Assembly: GCF_964355755.1 (NCBI RefSeq)
Contig: NC_092676.1
Location: 22,152,871 to 22,216,870, forward strand
Length of the DNA stretch: 64,000 bases
Direction: 5' to 3'
Source of the DNA: Antedon mediterranea
Taxonomy: Eukaryota > Animalia > Echinodermata
In this document: positions 13,801-27,300 of the stretch, piece after piece
Layout: each line of letters starts with the position of its first letter
Numbering within the stretch: the first letter of the stretch is position 1
Made by a program: the position numbers and the translations under genes
The notes under the pieces: model-generated
The model's database searches: none
The model's input: the letters and a program-made list of their open reading frames with translations, nothing else
What the model was told of the DNA's origin: nothing

Positions 13801-16800
13801 AAGACATACTGTAGTTTTAATAATGTTGCTCATTGTTTATCTACCGTAAATCTTCTAATAGTAACCCACATTGCAATAGTACCCCCTCCCCCCTCTAATA
13901 GTAACCAATAGGTTAATCTATAATAATAACCCATTACTGTAACCCATGGAGGTTACTGTTGGAGTCACAACAACTTTTGATGCAGTCGTATTTTAAAAAT
14001 TAGGAGATAATGCATGTTGATCTCGGGAGTGGGGAGGTTTGAGTGTTTTTGAGTTTATAAAATAAAGTTGAACGAAATTTGTTTATTCGTCCTGTTTTAT
14101 TATTTTGCTATGAGTTGCTGACTGGAAAAGGTGGGGGTGGGTTACTATTTTCAGGGGCCTAATTTAACCACCCTACACACTTCCAAGTGTCAGCAACTGT
14201 GTTTTTGTTTAGTGTTTGTAAACTATGGAATTTTGCTAGGCTACGTGAAGGGAATAATGGGCTAAATTCTCCATATCTACAATTATTGAACCACATCCAT
14301 TTTTTTTTTTTTTTTTTGGTTTGTAGGTGTGCGGGGCGATGTTGAAAAAAGAGGTGTGATACCAAACTCTTTTGACCATATATTCACTCACATTGCCCGT
14401 AGTCAAGACCAACAGTATTTAGTAAGGGCATCGTATTTAGAAATTTATCAGGTAAGTTAGGTTTTCTACATAGAGATGGATTTCAGGACTGGACTGAGGA
14501 CACATTATGTTCAATTCTGGTTCATTCCCACCGTGCCATATTGGTTTCTCTTTATGACCATAGTAAAGAAAAAAGAAGAAGCCAACATCTACCTACAGAA
14601 GGCAAAATATATAACTGATAATTAATTGAAATTCTAACTCACAGTGAATTGGTTTTGAGATCACCATTTGTTAATAATAATAGTATGTATCGTTTCTTTC
14701 TCTGAAAAGAAATTGGAAGATTATTTACTGTAATTCTCTTCCAATTTTTTAATAATCTTCTATAGTAAGTCAGAATTAATTAATTATTCTATAAAATGAA
14801 CTCCTTCATTAAATATTCATTATCCGTATATATTTATTTCATGAGCTTAATATCCTATCATCATTCAATGTACATGTAAATGAACAAGATGAATAATTCT
14901 ATGTAATTTGAACTGATATATTCCCTACTGTATATAGGAAATTGTGAATTTCTTAATACAGTGTATCATGTCCATTATTTTTTTGTAAAAATTGTGATCT
15001 ATAGTTCTTTTTAGTCATGCGATGCATACTGTGACTCATTCAATTATAAATGTCTATATATTTCCTGTATCTAGGAAAAAATGGTAAATTCCATAATACA
15101 GTGTATCATGGTTCATTTTTTTTTATTAGAGACAATATCACATGTGATATGTTTTTTGTCATATGTGTCATTATTATTAAAACCTATTTTAATTCCTTAG
15201 GAAGAAATTCGAGATTTATTAGCAAAGGACCAAAGTAAGAGACTAGACTTAAAAGAACGTGCTGACACAGGGGTTTATGTAAAGGTATACGATTTAGCGT
15301 TATATTTTACTGCGTATTTGAATATTTTTTTAGTAGATGCTTTAGAGCAAAAACAACTTAATATCTGGTCCAAACAATATTTTATTATATTTTATATTTT
15401 TATTATCGCACTAATTGGAGGAATTTGGTGTTTTTTTTTTGGTATTGACTATACTAAATTACTATATTAAGATAAAGAATTTTGCAAACAGTCTTTGATT
15501 GATTTTATATAGAAACAAAAATATAAATAATGGAGGTCCTCAATGGAAATAATTTTTTCTTGTTGTTAAACTTTCTTTGGTAATATTCTCAGTTTATTAA
15601 ATAATATTGTTTTCTAGTACTTTTTTTCATTTATGTCCACTTGTTTATAAGTTTGTTTGTTTGTTTGTTTGTTTTATCTTTATACTGGGTGACCTCTTCA
15701 GTCAAAGACTGATCTCCCAGAGGGCCCAGTTGGTGATGAGTGGCTGTGATGTACTAATACACCGGGGTATCCCCTACTCGTCTCGAAAGATGTACTAGGT
15801 TCTTTAAAGTGCACACGAGCAAGTTGTGTACACTGGACCTACGGTTTATAGTCCTTATCCGAGAAGACTCGTTCTACCACCAGAACCATGGTGAGGAATA
15901 AAGTTGTATAATTAAATGAACTGAATTAAAATGAATGAATGAACTTTTGTGTTTTTCAGGATTTATCATCTTTTGTTACCAAAAGTATCAAAGAGATCGA
16001 ACATGTTATGAACGTAGGGAACACTAACAGGTCTGTAGGGTGAGTGTGTAAATCTAATTGTGCCCTCTATGGTTGGTACTAGTAGTTATTTATATTGACA
16101 ATTGATAGCGCCCTCACTTGGTTGGTGGTTTATTTGTGTTGAATATTTCCCTTGCCTTTGATGTTGATTCAAGATGGAAGCAGCTCTGATTAAACCAACA
16201 ATAGATGTGTTATCTATTGAAAAAACCAAGTTGTGTGTTTTTTTTTATTTCAACAATATTTAACAAGGGTGGTCCATCCAGCCAAAGCTGATCATTACAC
16301 ATGCAACAATTAATAATATTTATCGCTTAAAGGCGCCCTGAATTTTGCGTTACATTATTAAATTGAAATTTATTACTATTATTATAAAACAATGTTTTTA
16401 CAAAATATTTTCATTTGTTGAAAGCCTGAATGTCCTGCTAAGCCCAGTTCCGATTCCTTAAGATAAAACACTCAATCTTTCAACTCATTCTACGGTTTAA
16501 TATTGTATATTCATTTTTTGTGTGTGATTTTATACTCAGAGCTACCAATATGAATGAGCACAGTTCAAGATCTCATGCCATATTCATAATCACAATCGAA
16601 TGCAGTCAGGTAGGAAATGGTTATCTTTATTGTGAAATAGATAATCTGTGGAAAAAATAACAATTCTCTAATATACTGAATACTGAAAAGCTTTATTTGT
16701 CCATTATCATAATAAAATAACACTAAAAATTCATCTTAAAGATTGCCAGATAAAAAAACAGATAAATATAAAATATTTAAAAAAATTCATATACAGAATA

Positions 16801-18288
16801 CACACACATTTTTTGCACTCAAATTGCGGTTAAAATTTGGAACATTGATAAAAAGTTGTTTAAAAAGTTTCATTTAAATATCCCATTTACACTATTCAAC
16901 ATATCAGAAGTTTTATGGCCCAGTCACAGAAATTGGCTTCCTATGCGCAGGAACATTAGAATTAGAAATGAGATTTATTTGTATAAAATAAAAACTCATA
17001 TTTTGTTTAGTGTTTTGGCAAGACCAGTCAAATAGGTATTTTAACCAAACAAATATATGAATTTATTGTGGAATCTTTGCTTATACTGTAGGTTGGATTA
17101 GACGGTGAGAATCATATATGTGTAGGCAAATTGAACTTAGTAGATTTAGCAGGCAGTGAACGACAGGGAAAGACAGGTGCAACAGTAAGTATTGCTAAGG
17201 GATCATATAAAAATCATCTACTGCAGTTACTGCAGAAACAATTTTGTTCCTTTATTATTTAAAAAAATTGAGCTGCCATTGGAAAAAACAGTGTGTATGA
17301 TAACCTCCAAAATGTGCTATATATTGCATAAATAGTTATAGAGTACATATACAGTAATCAAAATGTAGTTAATTGCAGTAACTGATGTAGAATATTTTTC
17401 ACATGATCCCTAAATATATTAAAACTGTTAATCGACTGTTTTTATTCTGACCAATATACAAAAAAATGCTAAAAATAACAATAATAAGTAATAATGTAAT
17501 CAGTGTTACTATTAGTCCAGCTGCTTTTTTGCATAATTTAATTGTTTTTTTTAATCATAAATATACAGTGATCATTTATATTTGTAAGTAGGTTATTTTT
17601 TTAATACTAATTCATAATTCTCAAATAAAATATTGGTTTCTCTTGATTCATGCATTTTTTGAATAATTCATATTTTTACTTTATTATGTGGATACTGTAA
17701 TTCTTATTTGGTTTCTGGATTATAAAAAAACATATGTATGGTTTTGGTGAACTTTCAATATTATAAAAATATTACCAATTGAATTGGTAATTTTTATTTA
17801 ATTTGGTATAATATAATTTCTTTTTTCTTAACTATTTCTAAACAAATCAGAGAATGGAAATAGGCTTTAAGAGATCGGGGCCTATCAAAATTATCCCCTT
17901 AGTGGTGTGTGCTGAATAGGAGTTACCTGTAGTGTTAAAACATTGTTGTCCCTTGTTCGTTTCATGGACAAGTGTCTGAATGAATATGAGTATCCTACAG
18001 GAGGAATTTCACTCTATATAATAGTGCTGTCTTAAAATCGACCTACTAACTAAGAAATCTGATCTTTAATCTTTAATTTGTGTTATTTTATAAACTGTAT
18101 ACTTGTATTAACAGTAAATAATATCTTTTCAGTCATAATTCGGTCACTTCATTTGTATTTCAGTATTTCAGTATTTATTGGTACTCACTTTCGAATCAGT
18201 GGCACACACCTTTCGGTGGTGCGTCCATACAAATATAAACAACAACATATAAAAGGAAAATGATGATAAAACTTACATAATTAACTAA

Positions 18289-18322
<34 letters not shown>

Positions 18323-21300
18323 ACAGAATAAAGGTACGATAGGTGAACAGTATAAATAATACATAATCATGATAAAATTACTACATAAATCGAAATAAGC
18401 ACAAATATATGTTTATAATATGTACTTGAAATTATAGATATAGCAAACAGCAAGTACAAGATTTTATTTGTTTAATGATTAGTTATTGGTATATCTAATT
18501 GGTCTATCAATGTATGAACTAAATAAGCTAAAATGTCTGACTGAAAAAAAAACAAAAAAAAAAAACTTATACATAGAAAATAAAACTAAAAAACAATTGG
18601 ATAACAGTATAACGATACAATAGGTCAAAAGTATAAATAATACATAATCATGATTATTTTTACAAAAATCGAGATAAACACAAATATATATGTTTATATG
18701 TATTTGAAGTTAGATAAGCAAATAAACTAGTTTATCAATGTAAAAGCCAAATAGGCTAATTATTGGGGTAATGTTGGTAATTTCTTATATATATCTAACC
18801 TGGTATCCCAGGCACTTTGTAGGTATTTTTTACAAGCCAAGTCAAAAATTTCCCCAAGAACAACGTTTTCATTATATAAATTGTCTAATAACAAATGTAA
18901 TTTCATTTCAGAGGTTCCTTCGTAGAAAGATTTCCAATAATGTTCAAACCCGTTATTCATTAATTGTAATTTTATTGGGTAGAAGATTTCTTCTCTTAAT
19001 TTACTAAATGTATTACATTCTAACATAAAGTGTGCGATAGTTTCAGTGTCATTATTGCAGAGTGCACACATACCCGTACTCGTGGGTGACCATGACTGTT
19101 TCCTACCTTCAAGGTTTAGAGAGTTCGATCTCGCCTTAAATTTCAAACAACTTCTTTTAAAGTCATTTTTGTAAAGAAGGTATGGTTCTAGTATCGGTTT
19201 ATTCTTGTACAATATATATTGTGTCAGAGAAGATTTTGATTGTGCTCTCTTCTGCCATTCGTTATTATCGATATCTTTGTTCTTGCATTTAAATTGAGTT
19301 AACCACTTACCAGGTGATTCGTTGGTGAACATATCACCCATGTTACATTTATGTAAGGCTTCTTTAACCTGATTTAACCATCCCCATTTTAATTTATCTT
19401 CAAGAATGTTTATGGCGTTAAAAATCACATTGGACCATCTGTCCTTCTCCATGTTTTTTAGGCGGTTAAAATATTTAATCCGAGAGTAGTTTTGAAGCGA
19501 TTCTAGTGATTGCCAGCCCAAGTCACCATATAGAGCCTCTTTTGCAACGTTACGCGGAGCCTTAAGAATGGTTCTCGCCATTAAAAACTGCAGGTTTTCA
19601 ACTTTTGCCATTGTTGTTTTTCCGTTACAGTACCAAACTGAGCATGCGTAATTAATGGTAGGGATTCCGATAGATTTCCATAATAGCTCCCCGTAATAAA
19701 TTCTGTTAAAATCATCTTGTTCATTTATAATGGATTTAATATATGCAATGATGCGATTACCCTTCTTGATAACTTCGTCTATGTGAAGATTGTCCGACAA
19801 CGTACGAGAAATATATACTCCCAAGTATTTGTATTTATCAGTTTCTGTTATAGAATTGTTTCCTAACCTCCATTTTCTATATAAGTTGGTCCTTTGTCCT
19901 GTGATAAGGACATTTGATTTATCATAATTAAATGACATTTTCCATTCTTTAGCAAATTCTGTAGTAGTTTGTAGGAGCATTTTAAGTTCCTTCTCGTTTT
20001 CTCCTATTAGCACGACGTCGTCGGCCCATAATAAACAATTAATTTTAGTGTTAAAGATGTTAACACCTAGATCTGAGTTGTTAAGCATTATACGTAATTC
20101 ATTGATGTATATTGAGAAGAGTGTTGGCGTTAACGAGCATCCCTGTTTAACACCTTCATCGATATCAAATAACTCCGTCTCTAAATTAGCAAATTGGACC
20201 TTACATTTAACATTCTCATATAAATTTTGTACGATATTAATTAGGTTACCTTTTATACCGATTCGGCGTAATGCTTTTATTAGTCCTTCTCTCCAGACTG
20301 TATCGAATGCTTTTCGGAAATCAAGAAAAGCCAAAAATGTCTTTTTACCCTCGGCTTGTCGAGTAGCTATCAAGCTTTTAAGGGTGAAGATATGGTCTTC
20401 ACATCGTCTATCTTTACGGAAGCCCCCTTGTGCTTCGGTTAATAAATCATACTCTTCAAGGAATTCTGATATTCTTCGAGAAATTATTCGACTATAGATC
20501 TTAGCAATGCATGAGTTTAAGGTAATTCCTCTATAGTTATCTAAATTTCGCCGGTCGCCTTTTTTAAATATAGGAACTATTGTGCCGTTGTTCCATTCAT
20601 CTGGTATACATTCGAGATGGGAGAGCCTTTTAAACAGTTTATACAGTGTTGCAACAATTGTGTTACCGCCGTTTTTTATCAATTCGTTAGAAATATTATC
20701 ATTGCCCGGGCTTTTGTTGTTTTTACATAGGGAGACTGCGTATTTTACATCTTCACATGAGAATTCGAGTTTATCCAGAGTAGCGGTTTGAACATTCATG
20801 TTGTAGCTGTCAGCTAAATTGTCATTAAATAGATCATTCTCTACATCTAAGTTTTTCTTACCTAAGGTATTAAAGTAATTGGTTAACGAGGACTTAATTA
20901 TGGGTGCGTCTGATGTTACATTGTCCGTTCCCGGAATTATTATAGATGTAACATTGTTTGTTCGTTTATTTCCTTTTAAAACTGACCAGAAGTCTCTAGA
21001 CTGAGGTCCGCCTTTTTCCATTATTTTTGAACATCTATCCATCCGGATTTGCATCATTTTTTGTCTAATTAATGTTTTACATTCGTTTCGTTTAGTTTGA
21101 TAATCTTTCCAGAGATTATCTCTTATAGTTTTATTAAAGTCAGAATTAGTTTTGTTCTTACAATATAGTCGGTGTGCTCGACACGCTTTTTTTCGTTTTT
21201 CCATTGACTGTTCAATATCACAATCAAACCAATGTTTACTTTTTCTGGACTGTTTTTTATAGCCTATTGTCTCTTCGGCAGCAGACACTACAAGGCGTTT

Positions 21301-24300
21301 CCACGATTCCCAAGCTTCGTTAGCATTTAAATGGGCTGGGTCCCAGTTAGTGAATTTAGATTCAAGGTCCTCTTGGAACGTTGTCCAATTGTGGTTATAC
21401 TTTATATCCCATCGTTGTTTAAATGTTTCAGGGATTGTGTTATTATTATTAAATGATTCCACATTCATATCAATTATAATCATGTTATGATCGCTTCCTA
21501 TGTGAAAGTTACATTGGTCATCTATCATGAATTCATTTATATCTTTTTGAATATTTGCTGATACAAGACCATAATCCAAAACACTTTTATGTTGATTCTT
21601 TACCCACGTAAATACTCCTGTACATTTTTCACTACCGTTAAGGATAAACAGATCACCATCATTACTAAAATCAATAAGTCCTTGACCATTATAGTTTATA
21701 GATTCGTCTCCATCGTTAATCAAGTGACCAATTTTGCCGTTGAAATCTCCAAGAATTATTATTTTAGCATCATTGTCATTTTGAGAGATCTCTAAATTTT
21801 CCGCTAATAAGGAGACAAACATCTCATCAGTCAAGTTGCGATCGGTTCCTTCACATGGAAAATAAACTAAAGCTATGTAATATATTGAATTGGTAGAACT
21901 ATTAAATTGCACTTTTACCCATAGTCGTTCGAGGGTATCACATCTCGTATCTAATACATTGTCATCTATGATCTTAATGTCGTCCCTAATTAGGAAGCCG
22001 ATCCCGCCTTGACTTTTTTTAGTATATGATGATCTATTTTTCCCAATCCAATTGTAACCTTTGATTTGTATTTCTTCCTTATCTTTTAGAAATGATTCGA
22101 CTATTCCAAATAAATTAATTTTATTGATGTTTACAAATTTTTGGATATCATACTTTTTGCTTTTGTAGCCTCTGATATTATTGTATGCTATTTTAATGTT
22201 AGTATTAGTATTACATGATTTAGATTTCTTTTTACCTCGTCTAACTTTAACATGTTTATGATTAATCTTATTTGGAGGCACGTAGTTTAACATAGGATCA
22301 GGATTTACACTATTGATACTAGCGATATCTTCGCTATTTTTGTTAATTGTTATCTCATTTATACAGGTATTGTTATTACATTCGTCAATTAAGAAATCGT
22401 ATATATTGTCATGATTAAAAGACATTACATTACCCCGCAGGTTTCTCCTGGTTGGTTCAGGATCGGCGTTTACTTCATTGCCTGTTTCCTATGGAAGTCG
22501 ACATTGATAGTTCTTATGTCCAAATTCGAAGCATCCGTGACATTGTACTGGTTTACCATGTTTACAGTCTTTCATCTGATGGTTCCTTTCACCACAGTAG
22601 TAACATCCGGTTCTGTTTGTTTGTATTTGTCTACTATTGTGTCGATAATTTAAGTTAGTGTTTGGACGGTGCTGTTTGTTGCGATATGCCTGTGTTCCTA
22701 TCGGCGACGAGTAGTGGCCTGATGAAGTTCGGTGCGATTTGTTTGTTTCTTTATCTTTCACAATCCTGTGTACTTTGTTGATATTGGTCAGTAATTTCTT
22801 CGTTCCGTAGTTGCTGAGGTGAAGTCTACTCCTATTGAGGGATCCACTTTCACATTCGTTATTGTACAGTTTGAAGGTTGTGTCGTTGTCAATTATTTTA
22901 CAGTCCTCTTTTGACGCGATTCCTTTGATTTCCCTGTTCAGTTTGTCTACTCTACCTTGATGTTCCATAACATCTTGTCTAGGACATATTGTTGATAATA
23001 TAATGGATGTGCTGGGCGATTTCGTTTTAACATCCTGTATTATTTGTGCGAACTCGTTTGGGGCGTTGTTTGCATCCTCGTCTTTTGTGCAGTCGTTCGT
23101 TCCGCCATGAATTATTATGGTATCAAAACTGTTCGCGTCTAGTGATCTCAATGATTCTTTTATATCTTTCATTTTTGCTCCGGGTAGACAAGAGACTTTA
23201 GTCTTCATCAATCCTCTTTCATTAATATTCTTGATTATTGAGTCTCCTATAATAAGGGTGTCTGTGTTCAATGGTATACCATTTGTTCTTTCGTGTAGAT
23301 CTTTGGTACGGTCATTCTTTGTTTGGTCACACATAGCATTGCGTTGCAGTTCTAAGTCATCTTTTAGTTGTTTATTTTCCTGTCGAAGAATGTTATTTTG
23401 CTCTTTGATCTCATTGATGATTTTAAATTGTTTATCTAATGATTTTCGTAGTGAAGTTATAGTGTTTGGTATTCCTCTACATGATTCGCAAAACCAACTG
23501 GTTGCTCGCTTTCCAGTTGCGGAGATTCCAATACATTGTGGGTGAAAATCAGTTTGGCAAAATGAGCATTCGATGCTTTTTCCTTTGGCGATATGATTTA
23601 ACATACAATGCTCTACACATTTAATCGTCCGATTAGTGATACTAGACGTGCTTGTTGAAGGTTGTTGTGATTTGGTTTGCGAGCTTGGAGGGGATTGAGG
23701 TCTCGGAGGTGTTCGGTTTGTAGACGCCATATTTAAGATTTAATTTAGGATCTATGTCGAATTAATTATTATTATAACTATCATTTGGTATCTGGTTCAT
23801 TCAGATCGTTCAGATAACTTCTTATAATAGTTCTGGAACGTTTTCCGACTTACAGTTATCCAGATAAATATACAGCACCCAGACGGTCTAAATATTTCAA
23901 TGATGTAGGATAGCTTGGTTGGCGTGGTCCAGCAGTATTAGCGTGGGCCTAAACAAGCTGTCTATTGTTCTCTATCTATACAGGACGCTATCTTTCCCCA
24001 GTGAGAGATGTACACTTCTGCTACGTTGGCCTTGGAAATTTAGTAAAATAGTTATATGAAAACTCACCATTTACTGCTTATTTTCTCAAGATATAAACTA
24101 TGGTTGGATTCCTCAAGTTGAGATATACTTAACGTTATACCTTTCAAATAAAAATGTTGTTGAAGACTTGAAGAAATTCAGCTAAATTGAGATTAGAATT
24201 TAAACGTCCCGCGTCTCGTCCCTCCGCGTCTTGAGATCTTTTTTGTTGTATACTGTATATTGTTTTTAAATGTATTATTTTAAAGAAGGATAATGTTTGT

Positions 24301-27300
24301 CCCATTTATTAAATTATTTGAGAAAATTTTTTTGGGGGGAAAAATTAATTTTCTTATTATTGTAATCCTCAACCTCTATAGATAGAGATTTTTTTATAGA
24401 AATGTTTTATTTATAAAGCGCCATAAGTTTTAACAAATGGTCCACCTTCATTAATGATGGTATTAAATTATTAAATAAATCTATACCAATTTTTTTAATT
24501 AAGATTTTATCCTACAGGGTGTACGTTTAAAAGAAGCGACAAAGATCAACCTGTCGCTGTCGGCACTAAGCAATGTCATCTCGGCTCTTGTTGATGGACG
24601 TAGCTCCCACATACCCTACCGTGATTCCAAGCTAACCCGTCTTCTGCAAGACTCCTTAGGTGGCAACGCTAGGACCGTGATGGTAGCCAACATTGGGCCT
24701 GCCAGTTATAATTTTAATGAAAGCATTACCACACTAAGGTATACAACTCATTTTACTGTGAAAATTGAAATAGTTGACTGTACAGCCATCTATTTAATTG
24801 AAACACTAACATTTATTTATTCGAGCGAGTGAGCGGCCGAGCAGTTAAGACAGTGGAACCGTAATACGTTGCCATAACATCGGCAAGGGTTCGAGACTCA
24901 CTCGCTCCATGGTTCTGGTGGTAGAACAAGTCTTCTCGGATAAGGACTATAAACTGTAAGTCCAGTGTACACATCTGGTGCACTTTAAAGAACCTACAGT
25001 AGTACATCTTTCGAGATGAGTAGGGGATTATTCTGGTGTACTAGCTCACACACAGCCACTGTAACAAACTCATCATATATATACTGCTGTATTTGGCGAT
25101 ATCGCTGTTGGATGTATGTGAAATAAAATAATAATATGCAGTGCCTTAATCGGTCAGCCACTTGATTCTAATCATAATCTTCATCATTATCAATTATCAT
25201 CATTGATATCCTTCAACATGTTCTGTTGCATCCCTGTTGTAATAATAAATAAATATAATATTTTATTATTAGAATGAAATATTGAGACTTACTTATTTTT
25301 TTCCTTCATTTATTTGGCATCTCAATAAATAACATTAAAAATACATCAATAATATATAAAATCACCTTAAATATTAATATACATGTACATCAAAAAAGCA
25401 AATAAAAATGGCGGGATATTATATATTATTGATATTTTGTTAGGTATGCTAATCGTGCAAAGAATATCAAGAATAAACCAAAGATAAATGAAGATCCAAA
25501 AGATGCGCTGCTGCGTGAGTTTCAAGATGAAATCTCAAGGTTAAAGGCTGAACTCAACAAGAAAGGAGAAGGAGGTGGTGGTGTAGGATCTTCAGTAGGA
25601 AAGAGGAAACGTAAAAAGAAAATAGGAGGAAGACAAGGTAACATAAACATATTACCTGGTTAATAATAATAGCTAGATTGTGAAGCTCAAGTAAACAAAT
25701 ACAATTTTGATAAATTAAGCTTGGTTCCCACTAGGATTCAAAGTAAGGATGTAAGCACAACACAAGTGACTTGCCCAATCACAAGTGCTTTATTATTTGA
25801 ACTTTCGCTTGCCACTTGCAAAATGCTGTTTACTTTTTGTCAGTTGCAGTATATTTAATATAATAAAAATACACACTATATTTACGCCTGTTGAGAAGAT
25901 CGGGCCTTCCGGCCCTCGAAACCTAAAAAAACAAAAACAACATCCTCTAAGAAATTAAGCCAAAAATGGTACCAATGGATTTTGAATGCGGGCTTAACAC
26001 CTTAGCTTCTGCGGGACCTGCCCATTCAGCCAATCGAAACATTAGTATTTTATCAATAGCCATAGTGCCCCCTATTTAGGCATAGATAGTGTGAATTCAT
26101 GCCTAGGCGTAAATGCAGCCACTATGTAATAAAAATGATACATTTCCAGGAGAACCCGGATCTGATGGAGAAATAGAAGAAGATAGTGAGGATGAAGTTG
26201 AAGTGATGGACGAAGCTGAATTATACAAAGAGGCCCAGCAAAAACTAGAGCATGAGAGGCAGACGATTCTTGCTAATCAGAATATGATAGCAGAGGTTCG
26301 TTGGTCACGTTTTCCCCTTGATTTTATGTTATTTAAGATTGTGTTGAACAACTAACCCTGGATAACTAAATTTGATGAATTATCCGTCAGCTTATCACTC
26401 TAGCCATTAACCCCTTTAATGGCTTGATTTGTAGTTGGGTATTTGTAATGTTTAGTAGTTGTTCTCGGGAGTAGGTAGTTATCCTATTTGACTGGGGTTT
26501 TTTTCAGAAGATAATCAGAAGATTTAGCTCCTCAAAATCCTCACTGTTTATATGCAAGCAGTGAGAGGTGTTTGCAAGTGACCAATCCAATATGCCTATT
26601 GTTTAGGGATTTGTCCTAGAATCTTTTCCTTAATGAGGAGTCACTATCTGGAATGAAAGAAAAGAAACAGTTTTTAGTCAATGATTTATGATTGAATTTT
26701 GTTGATTTTAGGTCCTTTGGTAAATTTAGTAAATAATTGCTTCACTGAGTGACTCTAAATCTTTTGATTGGAGAGTGATTGTAAAATTATTTTTTTACTA
26801 CAGGAAAAAGAAAAGATTTTATCAGAAATCAAGTTAAAGCAGACTGACCTAAAGAAACAACATCAGGCACAAGACGCACTCAACTCCAAGATCAAAGCAA
26901 TGGAGAGTAAACTATTAGTTGGTGGTAAAAGTATCATAGACCACACGAATGAGCAGGAGAAAGAGTTGGAGAAAAAGCATCTACAGTTAGCAGAACAGCA
27001 GGTTAGAGTCTTTATATTAAAGATAACAAAATAGTTCTATATACACTATCAAAGTTTATGTGACAAAAAATGTGATGTGCCCATATATGGACATGATGAT
27101 GTCATATCACATATTTGAGCATATCACTACCATATTTGAGCATATCACTAGCATATTTGAGCATATCACTACCATATTTGAGCATATCACTACCATATTT
27201 AAGTGATTTCTTTCATTCCTTGTCTAATATTCTTTTAAATAATTCCTGATCCAAATGTGCTGAATGTAACCTCACAGTTGAGATATATTTTTCCTCTAAA

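Larger units (their letters stand above)
18155..24235 (-). mobile_element. Full-length non-LTR retrotransposon (APE-RT LINE; RTEX-like or CR1-group, clade not resolved) antisense in a KIF3B intron
   Basis: Two intact ORFs and a ~500-bp 5' UTR starting at GC-rich gacgcgg repeats (~24230). The 3' UTR ends in AATAAA followed by (TACTGAAA)n at 18178-18155. No TSD was identified, so the ends are approximate. Confidence 0.92.

Noticed and set aside
18055-18154. Possible TSD or alternative LINE 3' end (gatcttt similarity to the 24235 flank)
   Set aside because: The similarity is short and low-complexity and is not adjacent to the tail; no exact duplication was found.
20048-23545. Plus-strand ORFs (149 aa, 142 aa etc.) overlapping the LINE
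   Set aside because: They are antisense shadows of ORF1/ORF2 with no independent motifs.
27105-27200. CRISPR-like look of ~20-bp repeats (also the 37350-37665 repeats)
   Set aside because: There are no unique spacers and no cas genes, and the context is eukaryotic; these are MITE-internal or simple tandem repeats.
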